Assembly (NCBI GenBank): GCA_965214095.1
Contig: OZ243938.1
Coordinates: forward strand, 2,848,001 to 2,912,000
Direction of reading: 5' to 3'
Length of the DNA: 64,000 bases
Origin: Candidatus Poribacteria bacterium
GTDB lineage: Bacteria > Poribacteria > WGA-4E > WGA-3G
Shown: positions 21,140 to 30,749 of the stretch, one piece after another
How the letters are laid out: each line of letters starts with the position of its first letter
Numbering within the stretch: the first letter of the stretch is position 1
Translations under genes and position numbers: made by a program
The notes under the pieces: generated by a model
Told to the model about the DNA's origin: nothing
Seen by the model: only the letters and a program-made list of their open reading frames with translations
Database searches by the model: none

Positions 21140-21248
21140 GTTGCGAAGATTGTCGCTCCTACAAATGTCCGAGGCACAATGAATTGCGCCTCGGACATTC
21201 ATCTTACATAGACCTCATCAATGCTACTTTATTTATTAGAATTGGTAT
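21140..21248 (-). repeat. Inverted partial copy of MITE type C with REP hairpin
   Basis: Reverse complement matches 43428-43500 (ATACCAATTCTAA...GAGGTCT..GTAAGATGAATGTCCGAGGCGCAAT). Confidence 0.7.
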
Positions 21249-21258
21249 TATTTCTGCT

Positions 21259-22662
21259 TCAACGCCAGTCTCCAGTGACTTCCTCAAATGGCGCGACTGG
21301 TTCAAATGCCTCGTCGTAATCCCCACCATTGTGGCTAATCTTACAAGAGCGGAGCCATTCGCGCAGGTCCTTGCGAGTTTGTCCCATACGTTCATGTTGT
21401 TCATTTACCAAATTGGTCGTTTCTGACCGGTCTTTAATCATGTCAAAGCACAAATCTTCGCTGCCATCGCTTGATAGGTTAGTCAAGCATTTAAAACGGT
21501 TGTCCATCATTGCAATGGTCGGTGCGTCAAACATTGAGCCTTTTCCACTGTTGAACCGATACGGAATGGGAATGGGTCTTTCTGTCATGTTTCCTTTTAT
21601 GGTTGACAGTAGACTGATGCCGTCAATCGGACGACTATCTGGCATTTCATATTTCATCACCTCAGCGATTGTCGGGAAGTAATCCAACGTGCTACACGGC
21701 ATTTCCACCACGCGTCCAGGATCTGCATGACCTTGCCAGTGCAAGAATGCGGGTACACCCACGCCACCGTCAAACAAAGATCGCTTTCGTCCGCGCAAAC
21801 CGCCTGTTGATCCTCGGCTGCGTCCATTTCGACCTGTGCGTCCCTCGGGACCGTTGTCCGAACAGAACCATATCATAGTGTTTTGCGATACACCCCATGC
21901 TGCCAATGTGTGATACAATCGTCCCACCTGATCGTCTATGGCAGTGATACAGCCGTAATAGTGCTGCTCATCTTCGCTGTAATCAGAATACATGGCGCGA
22001 TATTCCGGTCCGGCAACAACTGGGGTATGGGGTGCATGAAACCAGATTGTTGCAAAGAACGGTTCAACATTTTCAACTGCTTGTTCAATAAATGGAATCG
22101 CTCGGTCCATCAAGACTCGGGAATCACATCCTTCCAGATTTTCCGTTGCCAGTTTTCCATTTTCGTAATAAGGTGATGCCCAGGGACGGTCTAAACGTTT
22201 TCCGTTCCCCTGTATACCCACTGCAGGATCCCAGGTGGGAACTGCATACTCAGTCGCAAAAGACGTATCATAATCCCGCTCCCACGGCGGAGCGTAATTG
22301 CGTGCTGGATTACGATTGGGTTTCCCCGAATAATTCGGATCAAGTGTACCCAGATGCCATTTGCCAAAATGTCCGGTTGTATAGCCATAGGATTTTAACA
22401 TTCGTGCCAATGTTATTTCTTGTGTGGGTAAGTGCCCGCGATTAGCATGTGTTACACCATATCGAAAATAATGTCGTCCAGTTAAACACGTGCCTCGCGT
22501 TGGCGAGCACACCGGTCCTCCCGCATAAAAGCGCGTGAATCGGATCCCATTGTTAGCCAGACGGTCCAAATTCGGAGTTTTGATGACTTCATTTCCGTTA
22601 AATCCCACATCGCCATATCCGAGGTCGTCACACATCATTAATATTATATTAGGTGGTTTCAT
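21259..22662 (-). CDS. Formylglycine-dependent (S1) sulfatase
   Basis: DDLGYGD, CSPTRGTCLTGR, GYTTGHFGKWHLG and SDNG motifs. Confidence 0.93.
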   Translation of the reverse strand: MKPPNIILMMCDDLGYGDVGFNGNEVIKTPNLDRLANNGIRFTRFYAGGPVCSPTRGTCLTGRHYFRYGVTHANRGHLPTQEITLARMLKSYGYTTGHFGKWHLGTLDPNYSGKPNRNPARNYAPPWERDYDTSFATEYAVPTWDPAVGIQGNGKRLDRPWASPYYENGKLATENLEGCDSRVLMDRAIPFIEQAVENVEPFFATIWFHAPHTPVVAGPEYRAMYSDYSEDEQHYYGCITAIDDQVGRLYHTLAAWGVSQNTMIWFCSDNGPEGRTGRNGRSRGSTGGLRGRKRSLFDGGVGVPAFLHWQGHADPGRVVEMPCSTLDYFPTIAEVMKYEMPDSRPIDGISLLSTIKGNMTERPIPIPYRFNSGKGSMFDAPTIAMMDNRFKCLTNLSSDGSEDLCFDMIKDRSETTNLVNEQHERMGQTRKDLREWLRSCKISHNGGDYDEAFEPVAPFEEVTGDWR

Positions 22663-22939
22663 TTTGCAGCCTCCATTTCTGTCCACTGTTCAGCATTCAG
22701 GTTTTATCTATGTTCATGGTCAATTTAATGTTGATCGACAGGCAATTTGTAAAGCGTTTGCTATGATAGATAATCTACACGAAACCTGAATTAATGTCAA
22801 ACCTCTTTATGTATGAACCAGAGGCATTCGGTCTATCTTTGTATTGACATTTTTTCTTAGACCTTTTATACTCTTGCTAACTCAACAATTGTCAGTTCCC
22901 AGTATTGTAAAGAACATCTATTTATCCAGGAGACAATAT

Positions 22940-25900
22940 ATGACAAAATCACACTTCTCAATTAACGTTTCATGGCATTTTTTGATGCGAGTTTCAATTT
23001 ATTTACTAGGCATTCTGTTGGCACTTGGTATGTCAGCATCCATCGGTCATGCTCAATCCCATCTCGTCTTCGTAGTGGGTGAAGGTGAGTATCGTTCCGA
23101 AGTAACGATGCCCGCATTAGCGCAGGTATTGAAAGAACACTACGGTTTCCAGACTACAGTTCTCATAGATAGTGAACTTCATGGCGGCGAAGGAAACAGC
23201 ATCAACGGACTTGAAGTCCTTGAAACCGCTGATCTACTCGTCTTGTATCTGCGATTCCGTCAACTCCCAGATGACCAACTTGCACTGCTGCAAAAATACA
23301 TTGACCGTGGTGGTCCCATTGTAGCTTTTCGCACGACAACACATGCTTTTGATTACGATGGAGATGATCCGCGAGCGGAGAAGTGGAACAGCTTCGGTGC
23401 CCGCGAACTTGGTGCGCCGTGGATACATCACTACGGACATGAGGCAAGCACAGATGCTACAACCATTGGTGAACATCCAATACTTGCAGGTGTGCGTCCT
23501 AAATTCCATGTCCGATCTTGGACGTACCATGTGCGTCCCGATTATCCACCGAAAGATGCCAACATCTTGGTGCAAGGACGACCTGTACTTCCGGAAGGAG
23601 AACGCGGAGGGGATGAGACGGTCAATCCGATTGCCTGGACACACACCCATTCTGGTGACGGACGTGTGTTCACAACGACAATGGGACATCCAGAGGACTT
23701 CAGCGTGAGCGATTTTCGTCGGTTGATTGTCAACGGTGTCTATTGGTGTCTTGAAACCGAAGCACCGCAACGATATGCTCCCGGTTGGCGTGCTAAAACC
23801 GGAGAACGGTGGCGAGATATGGATTATGGTCCATTCATCTCCACTGCCGTTGCCGCGAATGACAATAACCTTACATATAAAGGTATTGTTATTCCGCTTA
23901 CTCCTGATCATACTGGTGGTGCAGTAGCGTTTGACACTGACCTATTACGTTATTCTGCAGGTTGGATAGATGGACTGATTGACTTTGCTGATGTTGAATT
24001 TAACGGTTGGCATCAGAGTTACCCATCTATAGAAGGAAAACTGCTATGGGAAAATAAGGTGGAACCCGGATGGGCAAAAGATGATAGTTTTGAAGATACA
24101 CGAACCATTCCCTTCGGTCCGTTACCCAGAGATTGGGCTCATTGGAAGGGATTATATCTTCATGAGGACAAGGTTATTCTGTCTTATACGGTTGGGACTC
24201 GTTCGGTGTTGGAAACGCCATCACTTGAAAGCGGAGAAAAAGCGGACGCTTTTGCCAGAACTTTCCATCTCGGTCCCTCCACATCAAGTACACTTGTCCG
24301 TATCGCAACAATGGCTGACAGTGCCACAATTCTCTTACCCAAATTGTCACGTGGTGCTGCCATCGCTCTGTGTCCACAGGGTACAGAAGCTGGTGCCCCC
24401 GGCAGTCTTCTCGCTGCGTTGGTTGACGCACCAAAAGAAGCACATTTGGAGATAGTGAATGAGGAAATCCGGGTTAGGTTCCCGGCATCTCAGGAATCCA
24501 TCTCAGCCAAAGTTCTGATCACCTCAGCAGTTCAGGATAGACTTGACATAGACGCATGGAAAGAATTTGTTGAAACTTCCGCTCCTGTAATAGACCTAAC
24601 GACATTGATCAAAGGTGGGCCGCAACGTTGGACAGAAAAATTAAATACAACAGGACAGACTGATATGCAGCGAAAACTTAGACTGGAAACGTTGAAAATA
24701 GACCCCGGAACAACGACTTTACGGCTTGAAATAGATGGATACATCCCGAAAGTACTTTCAATGGATGACCTCTCTCCTGCCCCTGGTGACGTTGCCAATG
24801 CAGATCAGTACTTCGCTGTCTTGGTCCCATCTTCCAGCACTGGCAAGTCCGCGTCTGCGTTGGAACATAAGGATGATCCGACTTTGATCGGACACTGGCG
24901 TTTTGACGAGGGTGAAGGTTCACAAACCGTAAGTACCGCTCAGGAGAAGCAAACAATCTCCCTTGATGGTGTTCACTGGGAAGATGGACCGCAGGGCAAA
25001 TGTCTTGTATTTGGTGGTGATTCGGAAGCTCGTTTTGACCAAGACTTTGCACTTGATTTTGATACTACCGACCTAAGCTTTTCTGCATGGATTAACACAA
25101 AGGATGACGGTACAATCTTCGCTGAAACACTTGATGAACCAGAGTGGGTACCGGATGGCAAGACCTTTTTTATCCGAAATGGACAATTAGCATTTGATAT
25201 CGGTTGGGTCGGTGTCATCACAAGTAATACAGGAGAGGGTAAATCAGTCGTTGATGGTGCTTGGCATCATGTTGGATTGACGTGGCGGCATGAAACTGGT
25301 GCAGTGAAGTTGTTTTTGGATGGAGAGATTGTCGCAGAAGGCACTCTCAAGCCAGAAGATGATTTGGAAGATGACATATTACGACTCGGATATACTGCCG
25401 AAAATTTCCCACAATCTCCTCGGTTAGAAGGCAAACTTGATGAACTGCATCTCTACAACCGTGTCCTTTCATCTGACGAGATGCAGACGTTTTACCAAAG
25501 TCTTCAAGAGCCGCCTCTGATTGCTGCGGCTCTGGTAGAACCGATTGAGGGTGCGAAATGGACCCTCGACTCTGACAGTGTCACCCTACATCTATCAACA
25601 GACACTACTGCATCGGTTCTTACATGGGATGGCAGTGAACAGACGCTTCCAGATTTCGCTAAGTTGGCGGCAAATGATGGACGCGATCCAAACCAACCGT
25701 TCGCTATTGATAAGATAGATTGGCCGGAACAAAATCCGTGGGATTCGTGGATACGTTTCGGTGGGTTTGACTTCTTCCAAGATGGTAATCGCGCAGCACT
25801 TTCTACTTGGAACGGGGATGTCTGGACAGTTACCGGACTCAACGATGCTTTGGACTCTCTCACTTGGCAACGTGTCGCAACTGGACTGAATCAACCGTTG

Positions 25901-27049
25901 GGACTAAAAATTGTTGATGAACAGATTTACGTTGCTGGACGGGATCAGATCACCCGTCTCGTTGATCTTAACGGAGACGGTGAAACTGACTTCTATGAGA
26001 ACTTCAACAATGATGTTTACAATAGTGAACACTTCCACGAACAGGTTATGGACTTGCAAACCGATGAAGCTGGCAACTTCTATTTCATGAAATCCGCACG
26101 GCATGGACTACCCGCTCAACATCCACACCATGGCACACTCGTTAGAGTATCATCAGATGGAAAGAAATCCGACGTGCTCGCTTACGGATTTCGTGCCTCA
26201 AATGGACTTGGGATTAGTCCTGGTCCTACATTCTACGGTACAGATCAGGAAGGTTATTGGATGCCTGCTAATCGACTGAACCGTATCACTGCCCCCGGTA
26301 AATTTTACGGAAATCTATGGGGGTGGCATCCACCCGGTGGTCCACCTGATAGTTATGAACCGCCTCTCTGCTGGGTGGCTCCTTTTGTTGACCGTTCTCC
26401 TGCAACATTAGTCTGGGTTCCCACTGATATGTGGGGTGAAATGGGTGATTCTCTACTCTCAGTCAGCTATGGTACGGGGAAAGTATACGCGGTTCTTCAG
26501 CAAGAGATAGGGGAAACTGTACAAGGTGCTCTCACCGAAATGGGTTTAGAATTTCCCACAGGTGTGATGCGTGGACGATTCCATCCAATCACTGGAAACC
26601 TTTATATTGCGGGTTTATTCGGTTGGTCGTCGGAAAAACAGAGAGACACTGGATTCTATCGAATACGCATGACAGGTGCTCCACTGCGTACCCCCAAATC
26701 GTTCCGCGCTGTCAAAGACGGGTTAATCATTGATTTCTACACTCCACTTGAAGCAGAATCCGTAGCAAATTTAGAGAATTGGCGAGTACAAAGTTGGGAG
26801 TATCGGTGGTCTAAAAACTACGGTTCACCACAGTTGAAACGTTCTGGTGAAGAAGGTAGAGATGAACATACTGTTCAATCTGCTACACTCTCTGATGATG
26901 GCAAAACTGTTTTCCTGAAGATACCATCGCTTACGTCTACGATGCAGTTTCATGTTGTTATCAAGGGTAACTTTGCTGATGGTGTGCCGTTGGATTGTTA
27001 TTTGCATGGAACGATACAGGAGCTTGAAGAGGAGCACGACACTGAGTGA
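22940..27049 (+). CDS. Secreted multidomain protein: ThuA-like, DUF6797-like, LamG and beta-propeller
   Basis: ThuA motifs (GRVFTTTMGHPEDF), MDYGPF start of DUF6797-like region, LamG (GHWRFDEG, WHHV, LDELHLYNRVLS), GLNQPLGL propeller. RBS AGGAG. Confidence 0.78.
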   Translation: MTKSHFSINVSWHFLMRVSIYLLGILLALGMSASIGHAQSHLVFVVGEGEYRSEVTMPALAQVLKEHYGFQTTVLIDSELHGGEGNSINGLEVLETADLLVLYLRFRQLPDDQLALLQKYIDRGGPIVAFRTTTHAFDYDGDDPRAEKWNSFGARELGAPWIHHYGHEASTDATTIGEHPILAGVRPKFHVRSWTYHVRPDYPPKDANILVQGRPVLPEGERGGDETVNPIAWTHTHSGDGRVFTTTMGHPEDFSVSDFRRLIVNGVYWCLETEAPQRYAPGWRAKTGERWRDMDYGPFISTAVAANDNNLTYKGIVIPLTPDHTGGAVAFDTDLLRYSAGWIDGLIDFADVEFNGWHQSYPSIEGKLLWENKVEPGWAKDDSFEDTRTIPFGPLPRDWAHWKGLYLHEDKVILSYTVGTRSVLETPSLESGEKADAFARTFHLGPSTSSTLVRIATMADSATILLPKLSRGAAIALCPQGTEAGAPGSLLAALVDAPKEAHLEIVNEEIRVRFPASQESISAKVLITSAVQDRLDIDAWKEFVETSAPVIDLTTLIKGGPQRWTEKLNTTGQTDMQRKLRLETLKIDPGTTTLRLEIDGYIPKVLSMDDLSPAPGDVANADQYFAVLVPSSSTGKSASALEHKDDPTLIGHWRFDEGEGSQTVSTAQEKQTISLDGVHWEDGPQGKCLVFGGDSEARFDQDFALDFDTTDLSFSAWINTKDDGTIFAETLDEPEWVPDGKTFFIRNGQLAFDIGWVGVITSNTGEGKSVVDGAWHHVGLTWRHETGAVKLFLDGEIVAEGTLKPEDDLEDDILRLGYTAENFPQSPRLEGKLDELHLYNRVLSSDEMQTFYQSLQEPPLIAAALVEPIEGAKWTLDSDSVTLHLSTDTTASVLTWDGSEQTLPDFAKLAANDGRDPNQPFAIDKIDWPEQNPWDSWIRFGGFDFFQDGNRAALSTWNGDVWTVTGLNDALDSLTWQRVATGLNQPLGLKIVDEQIYVAGRDQITRLVDLNGDGETDFYENFNNDVYNSEHFHEQVMDLQTDEAGNFYFMKSARHGLPAQHPHHGTLVRVSSDGKKSDVLAYGFRASNGLGISPGPTFYGTDQEGYWMPANRLNRITAPGKFYGNLWGWHPPGGPPDSYEPPLCWVAPFVDRSPATLVWVPTDMWGEMGDSLLSVSYGTGKVYAVLQQEIGETVQGALTEMGLEFPTGVMRGRFHPITGNLYIAGLFGWSSEKQRDTGFYRIRMTGAPLRTPKSFRAVKDGLIIDFYTPLEAESVANLENWRVQSWEYRWSKNYGSPQLKRSGEEGRDEHTVQSATLSDDGKTVFLKIPSLTSTMQFHVVIKGNFADGVPLDCYLHGTIQELEEEHDTE

Positions 27050-27104
27050 ACTCAGTGCGAACGATTTTCAGTACGGTTAGAAAACCAAATCATTTACGTA
27101 AATT

Positions 27105-27230
27105 TATAGTGAATTATACATGCTCACTGCAGGAGTAAGTTCCGAATCGCTATTAAGTCCAATGTTAGTAAGGAATCGGAGTTTCCTTCTACAATCCAAC
27201 AATGTAGAATAAATTGTAAAACCTACTATG
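27105..27230. mobile_element. MITE with type-A-like ends and a different REP pair as cargo
   Basis: TATAGTGAATTATA ... TTGTAAAACCTACTAT enclosing GCAGGAGTAAGTTCCGAATCG and GAATCGGAGTTTCCTTCTAC. Confidence 0.65.
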
Positions 27231-27338
27231 GTACTCAATCGTCTGTATAAGAAACGTATTGACAGATCCACTTATATGTTTTACATTTTAACAGACAATC
27301 AGACTGAAACATGATGAAGATTGAAGGAGGTAAGATGC

Positions 27339-27746
27339 ATGAATGGCACAGAAAAAGTCGTAAAACACTTGGAAATGACACAAGCCATTATAAACCGTTT
27401 AGGACGCAACACTTTCCTCTTAAAAAGCTGGAGTATGACAATTCTCGTTGCAGCAATGGTCTTAATCGCTAGAGAAGACTTACAAAATCCATTTCTTGTA
27501 TTGGTTCTATTCCTTCCTATCGCTGGGTTTTGGATTTTGGACGGATACTTTCTCTGGCAGGAACGCTTGTGCCGACAAGTCTATGACGATATCCGAGAGC
27601 AAACTGACACCGATTTCAAGATGGAGCTTGGTAAACACAAAAATAAACCAAAGTGTAATTGGATCTCAGCGATTTTTTCAGTTACACTCATTATTTTTTA
27701 TCTGATAGAGGTACTATTTGTCGGTGCAATTGCGTATTTCTTCTAA
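27339..27746 (+). CDS. Small multi-TM membrane protein (KHLEMxQ...LDGYFLxQER family)
   Basis: KHLEMTQAIINRL, FLLKSW and FWILDGYFLWQER motifs with three hydrophobic segments. Confidence 0.75.
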   Translation: MNGTEKVVKHLEMTQAIINRLGRNTFLLKSWSMTILVAAMVLIAREDLQNPFLVLVLFLPIAGFWILDGYFLWQERLCRQVYDDIREQTDTDFKMELGKHKNKPKCNWISAIFSVTLIIFYLIEVLFVGAIAYFF

Positions 27747-28084
27747 TTGATGAATTTTTATGAGATTTGTGTTTTCAGTTTTAGGTTAGATTGAAACATG
27801 AAACCCATAGGTGTCAACTTAAGGAATTCCTAACATTGGAAACCTTCTCCTGTCCCGACCGAAGACATGTACAAAATTTTCACCCAGAACCTACACCATC
27901 CAACACGGCTCTAAGTATCCATTCCAACAATTTAATAGTTCAGTTTTATTGAAGTAACGAAAATCCGTTACCACTAATATAACATGTAGGCATCAATATC
28001 AACTTTTCTTGTAATTGTGCCAAATTTGTGATATTATTTTAACTTTACAATAAAACAAGATGTCAAGTTACACTCGGTGAAAAA

Positions 28085-29338
28085 ATGAATAAATTATTGG
28101 CAGACGTAGACCCAGAAATAGTAGAGATTGCCGCCAATGACTTAGCACGTCAGCAAAATACGTTGATGCTAATCCCCTCTGAGAACTATGCCAGTCGTGC
28201 CGTTATGGAAATACAAGGGAGTATCCTTGGGAATAAATATGCTGAAGGGTATCCCGGTGAGCGTTACTATAACGGTTGCGAGTTTATGGATAGTGTGGAA
28301 TCGCTTGCGATAGAACGTGCGAAAACACTTTTCGGTGCCGAACACGTTAACGTTCAACCGCATGCTGGCACACAAGCGAATATGGCAGCATACCATGCCT
28401 TGCTTGATCCGGGTGATACGATCTTAGCCATGACTCTCAGTCACGGTGGACATCTGAGCCACGGGGACAAAGTCAACTTTTCTGGACGTTATTACAATAT
28501 AGCGTCTTACGGTGTAGACGCAGAAACGGAACTGATTGACATGGACGTTGTAGGTCGCCTTGCCGAAGAACATCAACCGAAACTCATTGTTGTTGGGGCA
28601 ACTGCGTATCCTCGTCAATTTGACTTTGCTGCTTGGCGTGAAGTCGCAGATTCTGTGGACGCATACCTACTCGCAGACATCGCACATATTGCTGGACTTA
28701 TCGCAGGCGGTGCTCATCCAGATCCTGTCCCATATAGTGATGTGGTTACGACTACAACACACAAAACCTTACGCGGTCCTCGCGGTGCGATGATAATGTG
28801 TAAGGAAGAATATGCAGCGAAGATTGATAGAGCAGTATTCCCAGGTCTACAAGGCGGTCCTTTCCTGCACACAATCGCCGCAAGAGCAGTTGCTTTCAAA
28901 GAAGCAAGCGAACCAGAGTTTAAAACATATCAAGCACAAATAGTTAAAAATTCAAAAGCACTTGCATCAAGGTTAATTGAGAACGGATTCAGGTTAGTCA
29001 GTGGTGGCACAGAAAACCATTTGATGTTAATAGACTTAACTTCAAAATATGAAAAACTAAGCGGTAGGCAAGCAGCAGATCATCTTGAGGATGCGGGAAT
29101 TATTGCTAATAAAAACACTATTCCTTTCGACAAAAGGAAACCGAAAACAACAAGTGGCATCCGACTTGGCACACCTATGGTTACAACACGCGGCATGAAA
29201 GAAGATGAAATGATACAAATTGCAGATTTTATGACTGAGGCACTTGAAAACAGACTAAAAGCTTCTGTGAAAAAACGCATCCGAGAAAAAGTCAAAGAAT
29301 TCTGCGCGCAGTTCCCAATTTATGAATACCTGTCGTAA
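28085..29338 (+). CDS. glyA: Serine hydroxymethyltransferase
   Basis: [29 protein letters not shown] (PLP lysine) and SGIRLGTP motifs. Confidence 0.97.
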   Translation: MNKLLADVDPEIVEIAANDLARQQNTLMLIPSENYASRAVMEIQGSILGNKYAEGYPGERYYNGCEFMDSVESLAIERAKTLFGAEHVNVQPHAGTQANMAAYHALLDPGDTILAMTLSHGGHLSHGDKVNFSGRYYNIASYGVDAETELIDMDVVGRLAEEHQPKLIVVGATAYPRQFDFAAWREVADSVDAYLLADIAHIAGLIAGGAHPDPVPYSDVVTTTTHKTLRGPRGAMIMCKEEYAAKIDRAVFPGLQGGPFLHTIAARAVAFKEASEPEFKTYQAQIVKNSKALASRLIENGFRLVSGGTENHLMLIDLTSKYEKLSGRQAADHLEDAGIIANKNTIPFDKRKPKTTSGIRLGTPMVTTRGMKEDEMIQIADFMTEALENRLKASVKKRIREKVKEFCAQFPIYEYLS

Positions 29339-29375
29339 ACACAATTTCTATACTACAAACGATTATACCTAAAAG

Positions 29376-30749
29376 TTGGACTACAAATCTGCACTCGCCT
29401 ACATAGAACAGTTTATTGATTATGAAAGAAGTCCGGACTTCGCACGACAAGCGCGGTTTTACAATCTTAATCGTATAACGCAGTTATTAGAGTTGCTCGG
29501 AAATCCACACGAAAAATTAAATGTCATTCATGTCGCAGGGAGTAAAGGCAAAGGATCAACAGCAGCGATCATCGCATCAGTGCTAACACATGCGGGATAT
29601 AAAACGGGGTTGTATACCTCTCCACATTTGATAACACCACGGGAACGGTGTCGGATTAACAACGAACTTATATCAGAATCAGAAGTTGCTTGCTACATTG
29701 ACAAACTGAAACCTGCGATTGAAACCGTTTCCGATTCAGAATTCGGACGTGTTTCATTCTTTGAAATATACACAGCACTTGCCTTTACCTATTTTGCTGA
29801 TAAAGCAACAGATTTTGCTGTTATTGAAGTCGGACTGGGAGGACGACTTGACGCAACAAACATCGTTTCTCCGGTGGCAACTGTCATGACACCCATTGGT
29901 TTAGAACACACATCAATATTAGGAGATACCTATACTAAAATAGCGATTGAAAAAGCGGAGATAATCAAACAAGAGTGTCCGGTTGCAGTTGCCCCGCAAC
30001 ATCCTGATGCATACACTGTCATAGAAAGGGTAGCAAAAGAACGAAACGCACCAATTGTAGAAGTCAAAAATATAGTAGAAAAAAGATCCGATAATCCTGT
30101 TCTTAATTCAGACGGTGTAACTATAGCGCAACACTTTGATGTAGAAACTGATACAGAGACTTTTAGACAGCTCATGCTGCCACTATTAGGACACCATCAG
30201 TATATCAACGCTACGACTGCCATTGCTGCGATTGAGTGTCTGAAACAGAAAGGATATGAAATCACTAAAGATAGTGTATATGAAGGTTTTAAGAACGTAA
30301 CGTGGCATGGACGTATCCAGTTAATAAAGTCCTCACCACTTGTCGTGCTTGATGGAGCACACTCACCTATTTCTATGGAAGCACTCTGTAGCACTCTTCG
30401 TAACAATTTGCGTTACACTCAGGTGGTTTTTATCGTTAGTATTATGAAGGATAAGGATTTAGTAGCAATTGGCAATATTATCTCAAAAACAGCGGATTCC
30501 GTGATTGTAACACAAGTTCCCGACAACCCTCGTGTCCTATCTGCAGAAACAATACACGATGCTTGGTCGGGTTTATTCCAAAATATAAGAATCCATAAAA
30601 CCCCAAAAGAAGCAATCACAATGGGATTATCCTCAGCATCACCAACAGATTTAATTTGCGTGACAGGTTCCCTATACCTTGTCGGACAAGCACTCAAGTT
30701 TTTTAATTGGGAATATGAAAATAATAAAAGAGAGGTATTTAATGCGTGA
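29376..30749 (+). CDS. folC: Folylpolyglutamate synthase/dihydrofolate synthase
   Basis: HVAGSKGKGST, YTSPHL, EVGLGGRLDATN, LDGAH and TGSLYLVG motifs. Confidence 0.95.
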   Translation: MDYKSALAYIEQFIDYERSPDFARQARFYNLNRITQLLELLGNPHEKLNVIHVAGSKGKGSTAAIIASVLTHAGYKTGLYTSPHLITPRERCRINNELISESEVACYIDKLKPAIETVSDSEFGRVSFFEIYTALAFTYFADKATDFAVIEVGLGGRLDATNIVSPVATVMTPIGLEHTSILGDTYTKIAIEKAEIIKQECPVAVAPQHPDAYTVIERVAKERNAPIVEVKNIVEKRSDNPVLNSDGVTIAQHFDVETDTETFRQLMLPLLGHHQYINATTAIAAIECLKQKGYEITKDSVYEGFKNVTWHGRIQLIKSSPLVVLDGAHSPISMEALCSTLRNNLRYTQVVFIVSIMKDKDLVAIGNIISKTADSVIVTQVPDNPRVLSAETIHDAWSGLFQNIRIHKTPKEAITMGLSSASPTDLICVTGSLYLVGQALKFFNWEYENNKREVFNA

